51,286 bases of DNA from Nemertoderma westbladi (lineage: Eukaryota; Animalia; Xenacoelomorpha): NCBI GenBank assembly GCA_032718475.1, contig JAUCBJ010007296.1:1-51286 (forward strand), read 5' to 3'. The position numbers and the translations under genes were made by a program. Of the stretch, positions 47,393 to 51,286 are shown in pieces. Within the stretch, counting starts at the first letter, position 1. Every line of letters begins with the position of its first letter. The notes below the pieces were generated by a model. That model saw nothing but the letters and a program-made list of their open reading frames with translations. It searched no databases and was not told where the DNA came from.

Positions 47393-49128
47393 GTCTATTC
47401 CTTCCTGTATTCAATGATACAGATTTGAATTTACCGCCAAAATATAGGTGGCAGATCTGATCTGCCACCCTTTCCAGTACAAATTATATGTGTTTCAATC
47501 ATTTAGAATTTCCTGGGCTATGGAACAGGGTGGCACCTTTTAGGGACTTTGTGTGTTAAAATCTAAGCATCTTTGGCTGAAGTAAGCATAAGCCTGTAAG
47601 CTGAAGCTGAAGGTTCACCCAGCTGACCGGAAGGTCACTCACTGTGTATTTGTGACGTCAGCACGTCAGAATCGGGAATCAGCTGATCAGGGGAACTGGA
47701 ATCAGACCACGAAGTATTGCAAGAGTGATAAGAGAGAGTAGGACAGGACGACCAGTGCAGAACTGCAGAATGCTAATGCAGTCAGGCAGTACACAGGTAC
47801 AGCTGTACAGAAGTGCAGTAGCAGTACAGCAGTTAGTCCTTTAGTCTGTCTGTCAGTCATTCATTATTCTGCAGTTCTGTCAGGTACCGGTACCCTAATT
47901 CTGAGTGCTGGCTGGCTCGTAACCTCGTACTACAGTACTAGGCCTAGCTGTTAGGCCTATAGTACAGTATACCCAGGGATGGTTAAAACCTAATTTTTAA
48001 AAAAACAAAATTAGGTTTTTTCTTTAATTGAATAAAACCTTATAAAACCTAATAAAACCTAATAAAACCTAATAAAACCTAATAAAACCTAAATTTTCAT
48101 ACAAAAATTAAGAAATCTTTCGAGAACCAATGACTTAATTGCTGTTTTGAAGGTTGTAACACCCACTAAATCGACCATTGCGGTTTCATTGCGCCTATTC
48201 TCAAGTCTGTGAAGCAATTGCAAGTATGACTTATTAACTTATAATAATCTCACCAAACTATGGCAAAACTATCGTACACGTACAGTACTGCGTACTGCAG
48301 TTAGCCCCAAGACGTTACAGAAGGGTGTTGTTATTCTTTTTATGGGTGTAACTCGAAAAATCAACCCTCATTACCGATGGAATAAAAACTTTCACCCCCG
48401 GGATTACATTTTTCAAAAACATTTTAAGTCAGTAAGTGATTACATTTGCAAATTAGCTGAAATACTAACAGGAATTTATTAGACTGTTAGATGTATTAAA
48501 TTACCGTACCGCTATAGGCCTATGTCATAATTATTATACAATGGAATACCAGTAATGGATTCCAATTCCATATTTATCAGTATTTCCAAACCAACTCCAA
48601 AAGTTGAATTTTAAAAAAAGTTGAATTTTAAACCCTTCTCCAAAAGTTGAATTTTAAAAAATAAAGTTTAAATTTCAACTCAGTTGTAAATAGAACTCCC
48701 CGACTGGATAATCTGCTAATGTCTAATCGAACCGTCTTTGAAGGTCTAGCACTCTAGCACACAACGAAATGTGAGGTTTTTCCCCCATCGCATACCCAAT
48801 AATTAGGCCAACGGATTGCACTCTCGTGGCAGACTGGAATAAAACCCAATAAAACCTAATAAAACCTAATAATTTTTACACTAGGTTTTTTATTAAAACC
48901 TAATAATAAAACCTAATATTAAAACCTAATTGCCATCCCTGAGTATACCGGTACCGATAGACAAGTCCCTAAAAGGTGCCACCCTGCTCCATAGCGCGGG
49001 AAATTCAAATGATTTGAAAGACATGTTTTTTGTACTGGAAAGGGTAGCAGATCAGATCTGCCACAGTGCCACCTATATTTTGGCGGTAAATTCAAATCTG
49101 TTTTAACATTGAATACATGAATAGAGTA
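47393..49128. mobile_element. Non-autonomous element with about 155-bp TIRs (host of hAT copy B)
   Basis: About 47400-47549 is the inverse of 48963-49121 (gtattcaatg...aatttaccgccaaaatataggtggca...ggtggcaccttttagggactt); exact ends uncertain. Confidence 0.85.
47974..48941. mobile_element. hAT-type non-autonomous element (copy B, inverted and internally deleted relative to copy A)
   Basis: TIR cagggatgg; 8-bp TSD agtatacc; collinear in reverse with 37179-38790. Confidence 0.93.
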
Positions 49129-49210
49129 AGACTACTGTAATTCATTGAATCAGAATAAATTATTTCTTATCGGTTCAACTCACTCATCCGTCGTTGTTGT
49201 TGTTTTATCT

Positions 49211-49607
49211 ATTCTGGGACTTAGAGCAGCACGTGAACAACTAAGCTGACTGGTTAACTAGACTGGGGCTTCGAGCAGCACGTGAACAACTAAGCTGACT
49301 GGTTAACTAGTCTGGGGCTTCGAGCAGCACGTGAACAACTAAGCTGAATAGTTAACTAGTACTGTATGGGACTTCGAGTAGCACGTGAACGACTAAGCTG
49401 ACTGGTCAACTAGTCTGGGACTTCAAGCAGCACGTGAACAACTAAGCTGACTGGTTAGCTAGTCTGGGACTTCGAGCAGCACGTGAACAACTAAGCTGAC
49501 TGTTTAAATATTCTGGGGCTTCGAGCAGCACGTGTACAATTAAGCTGACTGGTTAACTAGTCTGGGACTTCGAGCTGCACGTGAACAATTAAGCTGATTG
49601 GTTAACT
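49211..49607. repeat. 49-bp tandem array (about 8 units); inverted unit at 51235-51286
   Basis: Unit tctggg(a/g)cttcgagcagcacgtgaacaactaagctgactggttaactag. Confidence 0.95.
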
Positions 49608-49979
49608 GCTAAACTGACTACTACAGTAAGAAATTTACAGTATGAAGTCTACTGCCCTAGCTCCTTGATCTTTTAGTACGTACCAACGTACATACTGTGT
49701 ACAGTGTACAGTTTGTAATGGAAATATGATAATTCTGTAATTTGAATCAACCGCCAAAAAAATATCAATTTACAGCGCCTATCAATCATCTATCTACTTA
49801 AAATCTACTATTAATATACTAGGTATAAAGTCTATAATTGTTATAATTATAATGTTCTGATGTAATTAGAAGTGATACAAGCAAATAATAAATGTTCTTT
49901 ACATTCTACTGATAGAAGATCCAAATCCACCGACCACCCCCCCCCCCCCCCTCCCCCCCCCCCCCCCCCCCCCTCCTCA

Positions 49980-50702
49980 ATTTTCAATTTCGGCCCGAAG
50001 TCCCAGACTATGCATATAGGATACGACAACCCTTGCCTTCCATATCAACTTGGTGATCACATTCTAGAACGGACATCCAAAGAAAGAGACCTTGGTGTTA
50101 TATTCCAAAATGACCTTTCATTCGGCCACCATATTGCAACGATCGTGAAAAAAGCAAACCGTACTCTTGGATTAATATATCGGACATTCAAGCACCTGGA
50201 TGGGGATATCTTCATCAGTCTCTACAAAGCCCTCGTACGACCAACACTGGAGTATGCCTCCACCGTCTGGTCGCCACATCGGATCGGAGAGACACGGCTG
50301 ATTGAATCAGTCCAACGGCGAGCTACTCGGTTAGTAGCCAACCTGCGAGACACACCGTACCCTCTTCGCTTGCGGCAACTGGGCCTCCCGACCCTCGAGT
50401 ATCGTCGCCACCGCGCTGACCTCGTCCAGGTCTATCGGTATCTGTCGGGTCTTGAGTCAGTCGACCATCTATTTACTCTCTCCTCCAGCAGTACTCGCGG
50501 CCATTCCCTAAAACTCCAGAAACCACGTGCGAGATTACTCCAACGGAACTCTACCTTCCACTTCCGGGTCATTGACCCATGGAATGCACTGACCGATAAT
50601 ATAGTCACCTCACCCTCGCTAAACACCTTCAAATCCAGGCTGAACACTCATTATAAACATTTACCCCTGAAATTCACCCCCTCGTGGTGGAACCTCACAT
50701 AA
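49980..50702 (+). mobile_element. CR1-clade LINE ORF2 3' fragment (5'-truncated)
   Basis: ERDLGV, KANRTLG.I.RTF, LYKALVRPTLEYA..VWSP, IESVQRRATR, LEYRR.RADL, TRGHS.KL, RVIDPWN.L, LNTFK.RL. Confidence 0.92.
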
Positions 50703-51286
50703 TCCACTTATTACCTGCATTAATAATCACCAACTTTTATTCATCACATTAACGTTGTTTTATCTATCATATATTTTAAAATTTTTTAATTACAACACCA
50801 ACTTTCATTCGTTGTTTTATCATATATTTTTTATATTTTTAATTAATTTTATTTCATTTTTTAACAAACCTTTTTTACAAACGAGGTTTTAAATAATCTC
50901 TATGAATTCAAAGATATGTTATACCTATTATATGTAAAACCTTTTAGTGTAATCTACTGATCCTCCAATTTTTATTCAACATATAATTATTTTACTTAGA
51001 GGTTAAACTTTTTTTTTTAACTATTATTCGCGAACTAGTAGTTTTAACCAGATTTTAACCATTACATATGCTATTTTAAATATAATTTATGTAGTTCTAA
51101 CATAACTTATTTACATATATCAACGTACTTAGATTTATTTTGTATTATTGTTCGATTGTTGATTTTACTTGTACAGGTTCAACAAGCTTAGGCTTTCTAA
51201 TACCTTAAACATTAAACATAAACATTAAACATAAACTAGTTAACCAGTCAGCTTAGTTGTTCACGTGCTGCTCGAAGCCCCAGAAT

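Noticed and set aside
49872-49980. Poly-proline N-terminus of the 276-aa ORF (and ORF 23375-23620)
   Set aside because: Translation of poly-C tracts fused by chance to a truncated CR1 or to UTR sequence.

Overview
AT-rich, repeat-dense eukaryotic (most likely invertebrate animal) genomic DNA. Three host genes can be supported. (1) An intronless ceramide-synthase-like ORF (17366-18568, +). Its Lag1 catalytic residues are replaced, while its homeodomain is unusually canonical (WFANRR). (2) An intronless TRIM-type RING/B-box/coiled-coil gene (21412-23478, +). (3) PCTP/STARD2 with four coding exons (39054-35368, -). Its C-terminus and probable 3' UTR run into about 7.3 kb of an 18-bp minisatellite. 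The rest is nested mobile DNA: two decayed Gypsy elements with odd hairpin-like LTR ends, RTE, CR1, CRE-like and Penelope fragments, two tRNA-derived SINE heads, several hAT, Harbinger and Tc1-like MITEs (many with clear TSDs), and four further tandem arrays, one of them G-quadruplex-like. All calls are by eye from the sequence and ORF track; no searches were run.
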